Shown here: piece after piece, positions 35,841 to 51,348 of the stretch
How positions within the stretch are numbered: the stretch's first letter is position 1
How the letters are laid out: every line of letters starts with the position of its first letter
From: the human T2T-CHM13v2.0 reference genome, Homo sapiens
Assembly: GCF_009914755.1 (NCBI RefSeq)
Contig: NC_060926.1
DNA length: 64,000 nt
Strand: one strand, 5' to 3'
Program-made: the position numbers and the translations under genes
The notes under the pieces: generated by a model
What the model saw: only the letters and a program-made list of their open reading frames with translations
Database searches by the model: none
Told to the model about the DNA's origin: nothing

Positions 35841-36896
35841 CTACCTTTGCATGGATTGGCCCTTGAAGTTTGAGTTGGTGACCACTATGAAGAGAAGCAC
35901 AGATTGTGGCTACAGAGCATCTGGAACAGCAGATGGAGATGCAGAAGCTGGGAGGGGTGAAAGAATAGTTCTGGGGCCCTGAGTTGCTCGGCATTCTGGA
36001 AACAGCAGGTCATTAATGTTCACAGGTGTGTCTTAAGACCTTTGCAAGTTCTCAGTTTCCACACTAGCTTCTATATAGAAGGTATAACTGGGGCGGAGAG
36101 GGGGGATCAAGTAGTGATCCTACTGAATGACCCTTACGAAAGTTTTGTTAGTGTTGATAGTCACCATTTATTGGATATTTATCCATCAGGCAGTGCCAGG
36201 CATTTTTCACACATTATCTCATTTAACCATCACAACTACAGATGAGAAAAACCAAGGCCAAGGTCACATAGCTAGGAAGTGTTGGACCCAGTGCTTGTGT
36301 AACTCCAGCAGGGAGGAGGGTTGATGCACTCTCTAAATAAGGGCTCATTCATTTCAAGGCATGTAATTAAAATTCATTCCTCAGCAAAATTGTGTATGAC
36401 TTACATAGGTCTCTTGTAAACATTCAAAACCATGTCAAAGGTTTCCTGTATTGTGGGAATCAGTCTTATTTCAGTGCCCTGTTCCACTTCTAGCTAGTTT
36501 CAAATGAATAATGAATGCAGTTGGTAACAATTACCAACTTTACAGCACCTTCCTGTCTCCACCTCACAGCCGGGGCAGGGCAGGCTTGCTTGCTCCAATC
36601 TAAACTCTAGCCCCACAACTCACAGAGTTAATCCACCCTCTTAGACTCCTCTGGTTTGCCCACTTACCTTGGGGAAAGTGCAGAAGGATCAGATTTTTTT
36701 CAACTTGCTTGGGTGATTTTACTCCAAGATGTTAAGAATGCAAAGTACAAGGTGCTAAGAATACAAAGGTAGATAAGATATGGTCTTTGAGTGTGAGGCC
36801 CTCCTATGGGGAAACATGGGGATAAGCATAATAACTGAAGGCAAAGGGGAACCATAACAAAGAATGGACCCGGTACCAAGGAGAAAGAGCAAGTAG

Positions 36897-39660
<2,764 letters not shown>

Positions 39661-41428
39661 AAGACAACATAAAAAGTCGTCCAGCAAGCACCCTGCTGTT
39701 TAAGTTTCAGCCACCTTCTGACTCACACCTTGAGCTAGAACCATCCAACTGCGGGCTTTCTGAATTCCCATCCCACAGAAATAGAGATAACGAAATGGTT
39801 GTTGCTTTAAACCACTGAATTGGAGTGATTCATTTTGTAGCAATAGTTAATGGCACATAGTAAAATGTTAATATGTAGAGAATCTGGGTGAAGGGTATAT
39901 AGGAACTCTTTGTAGAATGGTCCTCTACCTTGTGTATGACAAAGGGGTGGGGTTACAAGGATCATAGCTTCTTCTCAGGATTACTCAGGACAGTCTACAC
40001 CACCCAAGTCCATACCTGTAACAATGAAGCTGAGCTGGAACTTCAGAATGGGAAAGCAAGATAAACTGAGCGTGCGACTTCCCTATTGCCTTGGTGACAC
40101 CCAGATACCCTGCAGATGCAGTTAGAAACAGCTCCAGTTGTCCAACTCTGTGGCTAGAAAAAAGTGTAGCCTGGGTTTTTACTCTCCTAACCCCTTGATT
40201 TGTTTTGGGAATTATTGTCTACAAAGAGCTCTCTCCTTTCTGATAATTGCTTTAGGTGGAAGAAGAGAGGATGTGCTGTGTCCCCTCTCTTTTCTTACTT
40301 ACTCTATTTGTAACTTTCTTCTTTTTTCCCCAAGAAAATGGGCTTAGTTGGGGTGCTTTGGCACCAATAGTCCTGCGGCGGAATCTGTGGGAGCTAGACA
40401 GGGAGATTTGGAAGAGAATGCTAGGTTGTGAGCTCTTGCTTTTGAGTTGTTTGAAGAGAATGCTGCATCTCTGGCATGTCAACAAGCCCAGCAGAATCCA
40501 GTAACGTTCACCAAGAAGGCTTGATTAGAGCTGGTTAGGGGATGATCAGGATGGTTAGGTGTGAAGAGCTTACGCTGATTATGGAGGGTATGGGAGTCAC
40601 GGGGTTGGTACCCAGTGAGGAAATTTACCTTAGTAGAAACATTTGGGATAGTGTAGAAGAGAGAAGAGCTAGAGGCGAGGATTCAGGAAATAGAGAATGC
40701 CAGAGTCTCAATTAACAGGATGGAAAGCTAAGGAGATGAAAGACTTATAATAGTAGCATAGTACTAAAAGACAAACTATGTGTAAAGGTATTAGAAATGG
40801 GGACTGGGACTCTGAGGCAGTTAGGCCAGAGAAAAGAAGAAGGAAAAGATTTGTCTTCATTTGATTCAATTACATAAGCATTTCTCAGAATCTGCTATGT
40901 GTCACATGCTGTGGTGGATGCTGAGGGAGCTGATGAAAAAGACAGAATTCCTGCCCACCAGGGTCACATAGTCTGGAGACACAGACACGTAAACAAATGA
41001 CGATAGTGTAAGGTGTGTGTAAGAAAGGAGGAATGTACAGGGTTGGTACAAAGGTGACCTCAAGGCATCCATGGGAATCAGGGCTGAGGGAGGAAGAGCC
41101 AGAAGACATCAGCACAAAGAGAACCAAGATGCTGAAGTCACAGGGGGAAAGAACATACTGGAGCCCCGGGCAGAGCAGTGCTGGACAAGGACAGCAAGTG
41201 TGGAGAGGAAAGGGAGATCCAGAAGAACCGAGGAGATCCATAACAGCATGCTTGGAGGAGGAAATTCGGGAAAACGAATGGACATGTCAGAGGGAGCTAG
41301 TTATGAGGAAGTGGACTGCAAACCAGATAGTGAGCAAGATGAAGAAATGAGGTGTTTATCCTTGCAATGGGAGAGAGACAATAAGGCTGACAAAAACTCA
41401 AGTGGTCTGTGGATAGACGATTTCGTTA

Positions 41429-41878
<450 letters not shown>

Positions 41879-42028
41879 TTAGCTCTTCCATGTCGCTGAA
41901 AGAGAAGAAAACGTCTCTTTTTCCTTTTCCGTAGCCATAAAAGATGAAAATCCGTCATCCAGCTACTGAAATCAGGTGCACACGGTTGTTCCTCCTGTGA
42001 TGAGACAGGGCGGAGGGATTGTTACCCT

Positions 42029-42244
42029 GTTGCCAGGGAAAAAGGAAGGGGCTGTTCCCAGTTGCTATGGTGACGAGGTAGGCGCGTTCCCTCGGTACCG
42101 CCGCACACGTCTGAAGCGGTCTCTTCTCCTCGTTGCTACGGCAACGCAGTGGGCCTGTTCCTGTCGCCCCCCGCCTCCCGCCGCAATCGCTAAGGCAAGG
42201 TGGAGGTAGGGGCTGTCCTCCCGCGGCTCAGTTGCCTTGGAGAC
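42029..42244. promoter_or_regulatory. Cluster of RFX X-box motifs
   Basis: GTTGCCAGGGAAAA 42029, GTTGCTATGGTGAC 42061, GTTGCTACGGCAAC 42132, ATCGCTAAGGCAAG 42186 (degenerate), GTTGCCTTGGAGAC 42231; consensus GTTGCCATGGCAAC. Confidence 0.75.
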
Positions 42245-42800
42245 GGCGGGTGCCCTGGCCCCGCCCCGCTCGGACTGACAGCGGCGGCCGCATCGCGCCT
42301 GCGCAGTGCCCTCGTCCCCCGCAGTCTCTGTGCGTTGAAGCCGGAGACCGCGGCGGCCTCAGCGAGGACCCTCCGCCCCGGAGCCGCCGGCCGGAGCCGC
42401 AGCCTCTGCCGCAGCGCCCCCGCCACCTGTCCCCTCCCCCTCCGCCTCCGCCGGAGCCGCCTCGTGCACTGTGAGTCCGGGCCGAGGCGACGGACGCCGT
42501 GGGGCTGAGTCAGCGGGAGGCCAGGGCCCGGGCTGGGGGAGGGGAACCGGGCTCCCCCCGCCCCTGCCTCCCCACCCGCACTCCCGCATCCCGACCGCGC
42601 CTTCCCCGCGCCGGTCAACCCCCTCCATCCCTGTCGCCGGGTTCCCTCCGGCCTTGGCGGCCCGGCCTCCCCAGCCACTCCCCCTCCCCTTCCCTCCCCT
42701 CCCCTTCCCTCCGTCTCTCCGGGTCCACCTTGAGGCTCCTTCCCCACTAGACGTGGCCACCGCACCTCTGCCCTGGGCTGATATTTTCTCCAAACTACCT
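42050..42800. promoter_or_regulatory. MAPRE3: CpG-island promoter of MAPRE3
   Basis: Very GC/CpG-rich; GC box ccccgcccc 42259-42267, NRF1-like CGCGCCTGCGCA 42294-42305, AP-1 TGAGTCA 42506-42512, several X-boxes. Confidence 0.9.
42323..42470 (+). other. MAPRE3: MAPRE3 (EB3) non-coding exon 1; intron 1 extends past the window end
   Basis: Donor CACT|gtgagt at 42471; sequence recalled as the MAPRE3 5'UTR; known DPYSL5-MAPRE3 gene order; TSS approximate. Confidence 0.85.
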
Positions 42801-45220
42801 CCCGTCCGCCCTCATCCCTTCTCCCTCCTCCTCACTCCTCCTAGGCCTGACATCTCCCGGCCTCTCTGGATCTCCCCAGTGATGTGCCAGAAAAAGAGTG
42901 ACAGGAGAGCGAGGGGAGACTTGGGGGAGGGGGAACATCGGGCCAGGCCCAGCCTGGGGGCCTCGGGTTTCTTCCCCACACGCTCCTGCCTGGCTGGTTT
43001 GGGGAAGCAGGTCTGGACAGTTCTCACTGGCTGCTCAGAGCTTGCAGGGCTTTCCGAATAGATTTGGCTGGGAAGGGTTCAGCCCCATCGTGATCATCTA
43101 GCGTTTAATGAACGCGGCTAGTGCCTGGTGGCCTTCTAGTGGGCTGAGCTACTGCCCGGCCGGTGTTGCGGAGCGGGGAGTAGAAGTAGTGGAGGGAAGG
43201 GAGAAGAGGTTGCGTTTGGGAGCTCCAAGTTCCTGCGCTTCCGGTGTGGTGTTGTGAATAAGCATCTTGCGGAACTCTTTAAAATGCTTTTTTTTTTTTT
43301 TAAATCGCACTACAACCCTGGTATAATGTGAGGTTTGGAAAAAGGCCTGATACCATCCATAGGAAGTGCTTACTGTTTATATATGAAGGGGCTGTGGCAG
43401 GACTTGATCTTGGATTCCTGTAAATTAACTAATTGGATAGTAGTGAGTTTTTAACATAACGTGTGCAGAGTTGAGAGGAAGGAGAAAAATCGAAGCTTCT
43501 CCATGGTGTAGGTGTGAGGCCTGTACACTGTGCCTCCTCCAGCTGTGTGTCTTTGTGGGGCTGTCACCAGATAGGGGTTCTAGCATATTTGGACAATTCC
43601 CTGGGTTATGTTTGCTACCCCTCCACCTGCCCATCTTGCAGTCCCTGTTCTTGGAATAGAAGAGGGTCCCAAACAGTTTTCTTTTTCCAGAAGAACTGAG
43701 TTGAAGTCAGAGTTAGTGCCCAGAGCCAGAAACTCTTAATAAACATGTCTCAACTTGAGGGCCCCTAACTACTATATGACCTCATTGTCAGCTTCTTTTT
43801 TATTTGGCTTCCAAATTTCAGTGTGCTTTTAGAAAGCACGTGTAAATATAAGCCAGATCTACCGCACAAGAGGCTTTGGGATTTTTACTCCAGATGGTAA
43901 AAGGAACGCATGGTCCATTTCTAAAAATCATGGTGAAGGAGCCACTCATTTGGAGTTTCCGGGGTTGCAAACAATGAGAAATAACTATTTCACTCTTTAC
44001 TTTGCTCAATCATGGCCTATTGGCAGCCTCCTCATAGCCACTCCCTGCCCCCATGCCCATCAGATTAGTTTACAGTAGCCAAGACGGCTGTCGCCCTAGT
44101 TTTAAACATAGAGATGAAGTTCAGGAAAACTATAGCCCCCATCCAGCAGGGCAGTTTCTTCTGTTTCGAATGCCAGACTGGGGTTTGGTGGGATGCACCT
44201 GCCTGTGGTGCAGTGGGAACTGTGGGGCCTGAGAGTGGCATTCCTTCTGTGTGGTCCTGTGTCACATAGCTCACCAAAATACCCGAGCAGGGCAGGAGCA
44301 GACAGCTGTACTGGAGAGCTGCTCCTCCTGGGCTGAGTGTATTTTGGGAATCAGCGATATTACTGGGGTGGAGGGTTGTGAATTAAGGAGGAAGAAAATG
44401 TGTCAAGGCTAGATAGATCAGGAGGGTGTAAGTAAAATGTTCCTTTCCAGTTTGCTATGGGATAGTACATTTTCAGAGGATCAGAGTAGTTTTTATATGG
44501 ATTAATTTGCCTTTGAAATCCATACCAGTGTTTTATGAGATAATGATGGAATGCCTTTTAAACTGCTACTATGAGGAAACAGGACTAATACTTGTCTTAT
44601 ACATTGCCTATCCAGCTGTTGCTGAATGTAATTGTTAAGATCAAGGAGAGGGACATGATTTGAACCAAGTTAGACCTAAATCTATGTAATGGTATTGAGG
44701 TTTTGTAGGACTGTATTCTTGATTCTAAGACACACCAGCAATTTACCAATAGCTTTTAGGTAAAATAATCTAATGCTACCAGATCAAAATATATATGCTG
44801 ATTCCAAGGTGCATCCTCATTTTAGAAACATTAAAACCCTCGGGAAATGGCAAGACTTGAGGGAGGGATTTGTGAATCTTGGAACTGAGAAAGAATGCTA
44901 TTGATAGTATTCCTGTGTGATGATGCCGTTTCTGACCTACCGTCCTGAGAGTGCATGCATTGTGAAGCTGAGTTTCTTCTAGTCCTTCCTGCACGCCAGC
45001 ACACATTGTGGGGTTGTATTTGTAAGATGACTGGCTGGAGTTAGGCATAGTAGGAGGCTATTGAACGGAGGAAAGTTCCCATATGAGAATCCAACCCAAG
45101 GTCTTAATGTGGTACTCTCCAGAAACTGAGCCAACTAACTGGCAGCAAACGTCTTATGAGCTATTCCTGAATTTAGCCGAGTAACATTTGTCAGAAGCCG
45201 AACAGAAAATATAGTTTTTT

Positions 45221-45521
45221 TTTTTTTTTTTTGAGACGGAGTCTCGCTCTGTCGCCCAGGCCGGACTGCGGACTGCAGTGGCGCAATCTCGGCTCACTGC
45301 AAGCTCCGCTTCCCGGGGTTCACGCCATTCTCCTGCCTCAGCCTCCCGAGTAGCTGGGACTACAGGCGCCCGCCACCGCGCCCGGCTAATTTTTTGTATT
45401 TTTAGTAGAGACGGGGTTTCACCTTGTTAGCCAGGATGGTCTCCATCTCCTGACCTCATGATCCACCCGCCTCGGCCTCCCAAAGTGCTGGGACTACAGG
45501 CGTGAGCCACCGCGCCTGGCC
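45221..45521 (-). mobile_element. AluYb8
   Basis: Diagnostic 7-bp duplication (ccggactgcggactgcag), GGATCATGAGG, TAACAAGGTG, GGGAAGCGG; 17-bp TSD agaaaatatagtttttt. Confidence 0.93.
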
Positions 45522-46309
45522 AGAAAATATAGTTTTTTAAAACAGAATGCATCTGCCCTGATTTGCTTACAGATACATTTGTAAAGGTCCCAAGGCACAT
45601 GTCTCCCTCGCTTAGGATGTTAGCACTGGAGGTGACCCCAGATGGTATAGTTTAATGCCCTCATTTCTAAAGTTGACACAAGACACCAAGAGTTAAATGA
45701 CTTACCTAAGGTCACCCAACCCATGCAGAACGTATGTAAAAACACTTTGTAAACTGTGTACACTAGGCAGATGAATGTTGGTGGTTATTAGTGGCTGAGT
45801 CAGGATTAGATCTCCAGATTTCCAGACTAGAGTTATTCTTCAACACCACATTGCCTCATCCCTCATAATGTTCCAAAGGGTTTTAATAAAAATAATTTAG
45901 TAGTCCGTAATTAGCCCTGTAGGCAAGGGCTTGTTTTGTCATCTGAGATGCTGCACAGCCAGGCAAAATTTTGTGTCAAACTGTCTAACTAAATATTTAT
46001 TCTTGCCACTTTAAAAATAATATTTTTTATCACACATTCTGACTTCAGGAAGGTCTTTCTTTTTTTAATTTGCATCAACTAACAGAAAAGCAAATGTGAA
46101 GTTGGGTATTTGAAGTCTTTTCTACTTCTTATCTGTGAGACTGCCGCATTCCAGAAAGCAAGGTGGAGAGGCAGATGGGGCTGAGAGGAGGAGCGTGCAC
46201 ATTGGGCAGCTGCGGGCTTATCTTCCACCTCTCAGAATGGAACCTTTTGTAGTTTCTGGGAGCCATAAGGACTTCTAAACCCTCTCCTTGGGAAGCGCGG
46301 AGGCAGCCT

Positions 46310-46500
46310 GACCTCTGGAAGCAGGCAGACTTGAGTTCAGATCCCCATCCAGCCATCTCCTGGCTGTGTGGCCTTGGGTGAGTTATGTTACCTCTGAATG
46401 CCAGTTTCCTCATTTATAACCCTGGAATAATAACTATCTGTTTTACAGGGTTGTTGTGAAGATTAAATGAAAGGGAGTATGTAGAGTGCTTGCTTCATAA
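46310..46500 (+). mobile_element. MIR
   Basis: tgtgtggccttgggtgagttatgttacctctgaatgccagtttcctcat. Confidence 0.7.
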
Positions 46501-49500
46501 GAAATAGCAATGATTATTTTATATTGACTAAAGCATAAAATAGCAAATAATGGTTTCAAAATTGTTTCGTGATTTAGGTCCATCTTGGACTCTCAGTTTT
46601 GTAGCCCCCATCTCTCAGCACCCCTCTCGGTATTTGACACGAACAGAGAAAAGGTTTGTACCGGGAAGACCCGGCACTTGCATTATTATTTCAACTGCCA
46701 AAACCGGAGTATATGAAATGTATCTTTGCTCCATGTATTCAGCCAACCTGAAAGACTGGCAGGACAGGAGCATTTGACTTTAGGAGGCACAGATGTGGTG
46801 TGCTTGGGTGTGTGGTGGGGGTGGCTAGTTCTCCAGCAGGGAGGCCAGTCTGGGGAGTGGTCTTCATTTGAAATAGAAAAGCTGCTGAGCTCTTGCTTGT
46901 GAGGGACACACATGTGGTCTTTATTGACTTCCTCAACTGGTAGAGGTATAGATTTCATCGGTGACTTTGCTAAAATCAGCTTCTGCATCCGTGAGATCCA
47001 GGGGGCAAGGGAAAGGAGCTATTCATCTTAAGAGGGAAACCTTGCCAGTGAGCAGAGGTAAAGGGAGGTCATTTTGGATGGAGAGAATTACAGACTGGCT
47101 CAAGGCAGAAACTACTGAGTAATTAAAGAACCAGGGCAAGCTGTTCAGGTGCAAGAGCAAAAGTGAATTTAAATTCCTAGATAAATTTCAGTAGGGAAGG
47201 AAATACCCATGTATAGACATCTAAAGATTGAAAAGAAACGCAATAATGTTTACCTCTGGGAGGTGGGATTTGGGTGTGGGGAAGGGAAAAGGAGACTCAA
47301 AGGGGAACTTTTACTTTATATGTTTTTGTATTTGACTTGTTATAAGAAGCATGTATGCTTTAGTCATTTAATGAAGACCAAATAGAATGGGTAGTGATTG
47401 TTGTTCAGTAAATACATTTTGGTACAAAAGAAGCAGCTGCCTTTACTTGGAGCCTCCCATGCCTGGGGCAAATAGGGTTTGACAGCTTCAAGCAGGCCCA
47501 GGCAGTTTGCACCAAATCAAGCTCTTAAGTGAGGGCAGGACCCTCCAAAGTGGCTGCTTCCCGGTCAGCCCAGGGTACTTAACTGACCACCTACCCCATC
47601 AACTCTTCCTAGTCTTTTCACTCCCCTCTTGAGAATAGTCCCCTCCATCTGTTGACCAGCTAAAATAATCATAATTATTCTAATAAGCTAATTTTCAGCT
47701 ATTGATGAAAATGGCATCTGACTATATGACCTTCATGAAAAATTCCTGCCTCTTAGTTAATGTCAAGAGGGCTTGAAGTTTAAAGGGACCCAAGCTGAAA
47801 TGCTGGCACACTGTGTAGCTAAGTTCTAGGTCAGACCTGGCTGGTACAGCACATCTTTCACATAATGACTGATTAACTGCTTCTGGTAGGAATTACTGGT
47901 AAACTCTGATAAAATCCTTAAGGATTGTTCAGCTTTTAATTTTGTCGTAAGTTGGCCAGCTGTATTTTCTAGCCAGATGTCATGTTTATTATAGAAAGAT
48001 GACACACCTATCATTTGGACATGTGCTTTGGGTTGCTTACCCAGGAGTTAGGATGGGTTATGCTGAGTAATTCACATTCCATCACCCAGTCTTCCCTTTG
48101 GCCAAGAGTACAATTTCGTGTGACAGTTAGCCAAGTTTCGTGAAGCATGCTGTGGCCACGGATGGTTTTTCTTGTGCACAGAGTTGACTGGCCAATACTA
48201 GCATAAGCCTAGATCTTGCACTCACTAGCACCATGCCCTACCAGCTTTGCTAAACTGACCAGATGTTGTTAGTCAACTTTTTAGCATAACGTCAGTGTTT
48301 TAGGCTCTGGATGCTTCATTTGCCTCAAGTAAATAAGGACTTGTCCTATCTAAAATGCTTTAACTCCATGCAAAATGATTTTTTCCCTGAAACTATTTCC
48401 TAGATAGAGGAGATACATACCACTTGTGTGATACATTTAAAATAACTGAGCAAGAAGCATGGCTTCAAATCTGCCTTGTAGCTTGACTATATATAAAAAA
48501 GCTTAAAAGGATGTATATCCTTAGACCAGAAAGTGCCATTCTAGCAATATTTGGAAAATCAGAGGTGTGTACAGAAATAATTGTAAAAGATTTATTAATG
48601 CAACATTACTAGTAATATCAAACATTGAAAACAACCAAAAGTGCCAGCAACTGAGGATTGGTCAGGCTCGCCCAAATAAAATACTGCATGGCATTAAAAA
48701 CATTTGGAGAAGAATATTAATACCAGAACTTTTAATATCAGTGAAAAAAGCAGGATGAAAAATAGTATGCCAAGGAAAAAACCATATTTATAAAGAAAAA
48801 CATGAAAAAGATACTAGAAGAGCATGTGCCAAGTCATAAGTGATTGAGTAATGGGATTAAAAACGAATGGCTTTCCTTAGTGCTTGTTGGTGTTTTCTAA
48901 GCTTTTCTGCATTAAGCAACTATAACTTAATTATGACATTTTAAAACCAGTGACTTCTAGATTCCATGTAGTAGAGCAATCTTTAGAGTCTTCTTTGCCT
49001 CTTCCTTTTACTGTTTACATGTATCGGAAGGTTTTAGTAAAACCTTGTATACCACAGGGCTCTGTTTTGGGTGGCCTTCTTTTCCCAGGTGTCTTTTCAG
49101 ATTCTCTGTATTCCCAGTTCTCCAGTGTTCCAGGGGCCTTTTTTGAGGGTTTTGCTCATTTTTTGGTGTGGATGTGCACCTGTCTGAATTGTCTGTTTCA
49201 AAAGACTCTGCCCAGGCCCACTACAGTTGCCTTCCTCCCTTTGCCCTTTGTCACCTTCCGTTCAGCCATGAGCTCAGAGGCCCTTTTTCCTTCCAGGGAT
49301 AGAGAGGGTTGGGTGCCCACCTGTGGCCACCCGATGGGCAGAGCCCTATGTAGACATAGGCTAGGCCACTCCCCCTGTGCCACACCAGGTCCATGGAGCT
49401 GCTGACTGTGTTGGTAGGGCCTGGCCGGGCAGCTGTCCTCTGGCCTCATCTTTCCCATCCACACACACACACTGTACATTGCCTAGATGGCCCAGTCCAG

Positions 49501-50970
49501 TGGACTGATACCTGCCTTCAACCAGTGGTGGAGTCTGCCCAGCTCTGAGCACTGAGAAAGGGGCACTTTGGCCTCCTCCTGAGGATCCGGGACTTCGAGT
49601 TGAAGAACATATGGCCTGTCACATAGCTCGAACTGTGCTGTGATAAATGTTTGCTAAGCAGGATCTGCCTCTTCCTCCAAATGGTCTGGCTACCCAAATA
49701 CTTGTCCTAGATGGGGTGGAGGCCTTCCCTGCTGCTGGAATTATTAGTGAGCAAGTCTTTGGGTATGGCTGGCTGGAGAGACTCCACCACTCGGAGAGAG
49801 TGATTGTGGGAGAAACAGTCATCTTATCTTGAGGGCATTGTGGTCCTGGTCACCTTGTAATTTATATGGTGTTCTCTGACTGGTAAGAAATGAAATCTTA
49901 ACTGCTTCTGAGTCAGCAAGATCATAGTTGGGTCTAAGGTGTGTGTTGCCATGTGAAAGGGGCAGGTCTTAGACCACTAGATGAAATTAGATACCTTTCC
50001 CATGTGAGGAGTGTTTCACGCAGGCTTATCTCCAGTGGCATAATGTGTGCTGTGTAGCCAGGCCTTTCCGCAGCACCAGACTCTTGGCAGCCAGCCACCC
50101 TCCACCCCCACCCGCTTCCCTGAAGGTTATTGACACTTACCTGGGACTCTGATTTGGTCCTTGATTTGTTCTGATTTTAGATGCTTAGAGCTCATAGCTG
50201 AAAGCTCTCAGTTTAGGCATCCTATTAACACTCTTAAGTGACAGGATCACTGCTAAGTACAGAGATGTGTTATGCTGGCCCCAAAATAGCAAGGTACAGT
50301 GTCTTGAGACAACTTGATAAGACTTCTATTACCCCAAAAGTATAGTTCCCAGGTTTACAGATTATTCATATAAATTTGCATATCATCTTCACAAGACATG
50401 TAAGCATGCTCTCAGCACGTATTCTTCATCAAGCCCTTTCTCTGTTTTGTATTGTTAGTCACTATGGGATATAAAGGAAATGAGACTCAACCCTTGTCCA
50501 TGAGGAGGCTGTAATGTGTGTGGAAGACAAGATGGATATATGGAATGATTAGTGCATATGACAATATTGCATGTCAGAAACACATCTTTGGTGCCTTATT
50601 CTATAAGACACAGTGTCAGCCCTTAAGGAATTCAGCTAATATTCTGGCAAAAGAGTTGGACACAAAACTGTATGTCACTGTAACATGAGGGGATGGAACC
50701 TTATCAGCTATGGGAAAGGGTGCTTTGGTAAGCCAGAAGGAAGAGTCACCCTGAGCCTGTGAGAACCAGAAAGACTTCAGAGATGAAGACACACTGGAGC
50801 TGGGTGTGCAGGTTGATGTGGAGACTCATCAGAGGACAGCTGAGGAAGAGAGGCAAAAGAAATGAAAAGAACAGTGCATTGGGTGTCACTGGTACTACAG
50901 AGTCTAAATTCCAAAAGGGTGCTGAGAGGAAAATAATCATTGTGAACTGGAGTAATCAGAAAAGACTTCA

Positions 50971-51348
<378 letters not shown>

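Noticed and set aside
35945-35995. Actin-like word EQLRAPELFFHPS on the minus strand
   Set aside because: Similarity does not extend on either side.
39929-40015. Additional 87-nt minus-strand exon candidate
   Set aside because: Three stops in the required frame and a weak donor, so it was left out of the chain.
40334-40500. Plus-strand pseudo-exon with a long pyrimidine tract and open frame
   Set aside because: No partner exons or promoter on that strand; noted as a caution that pseudo-exons arise by chance.
42133-43061. Multiple long overlapping ORFs at the CpG island
   Set aside because: Stop depletion from extreme GC content; Pro/Gly/Arg low complexity.
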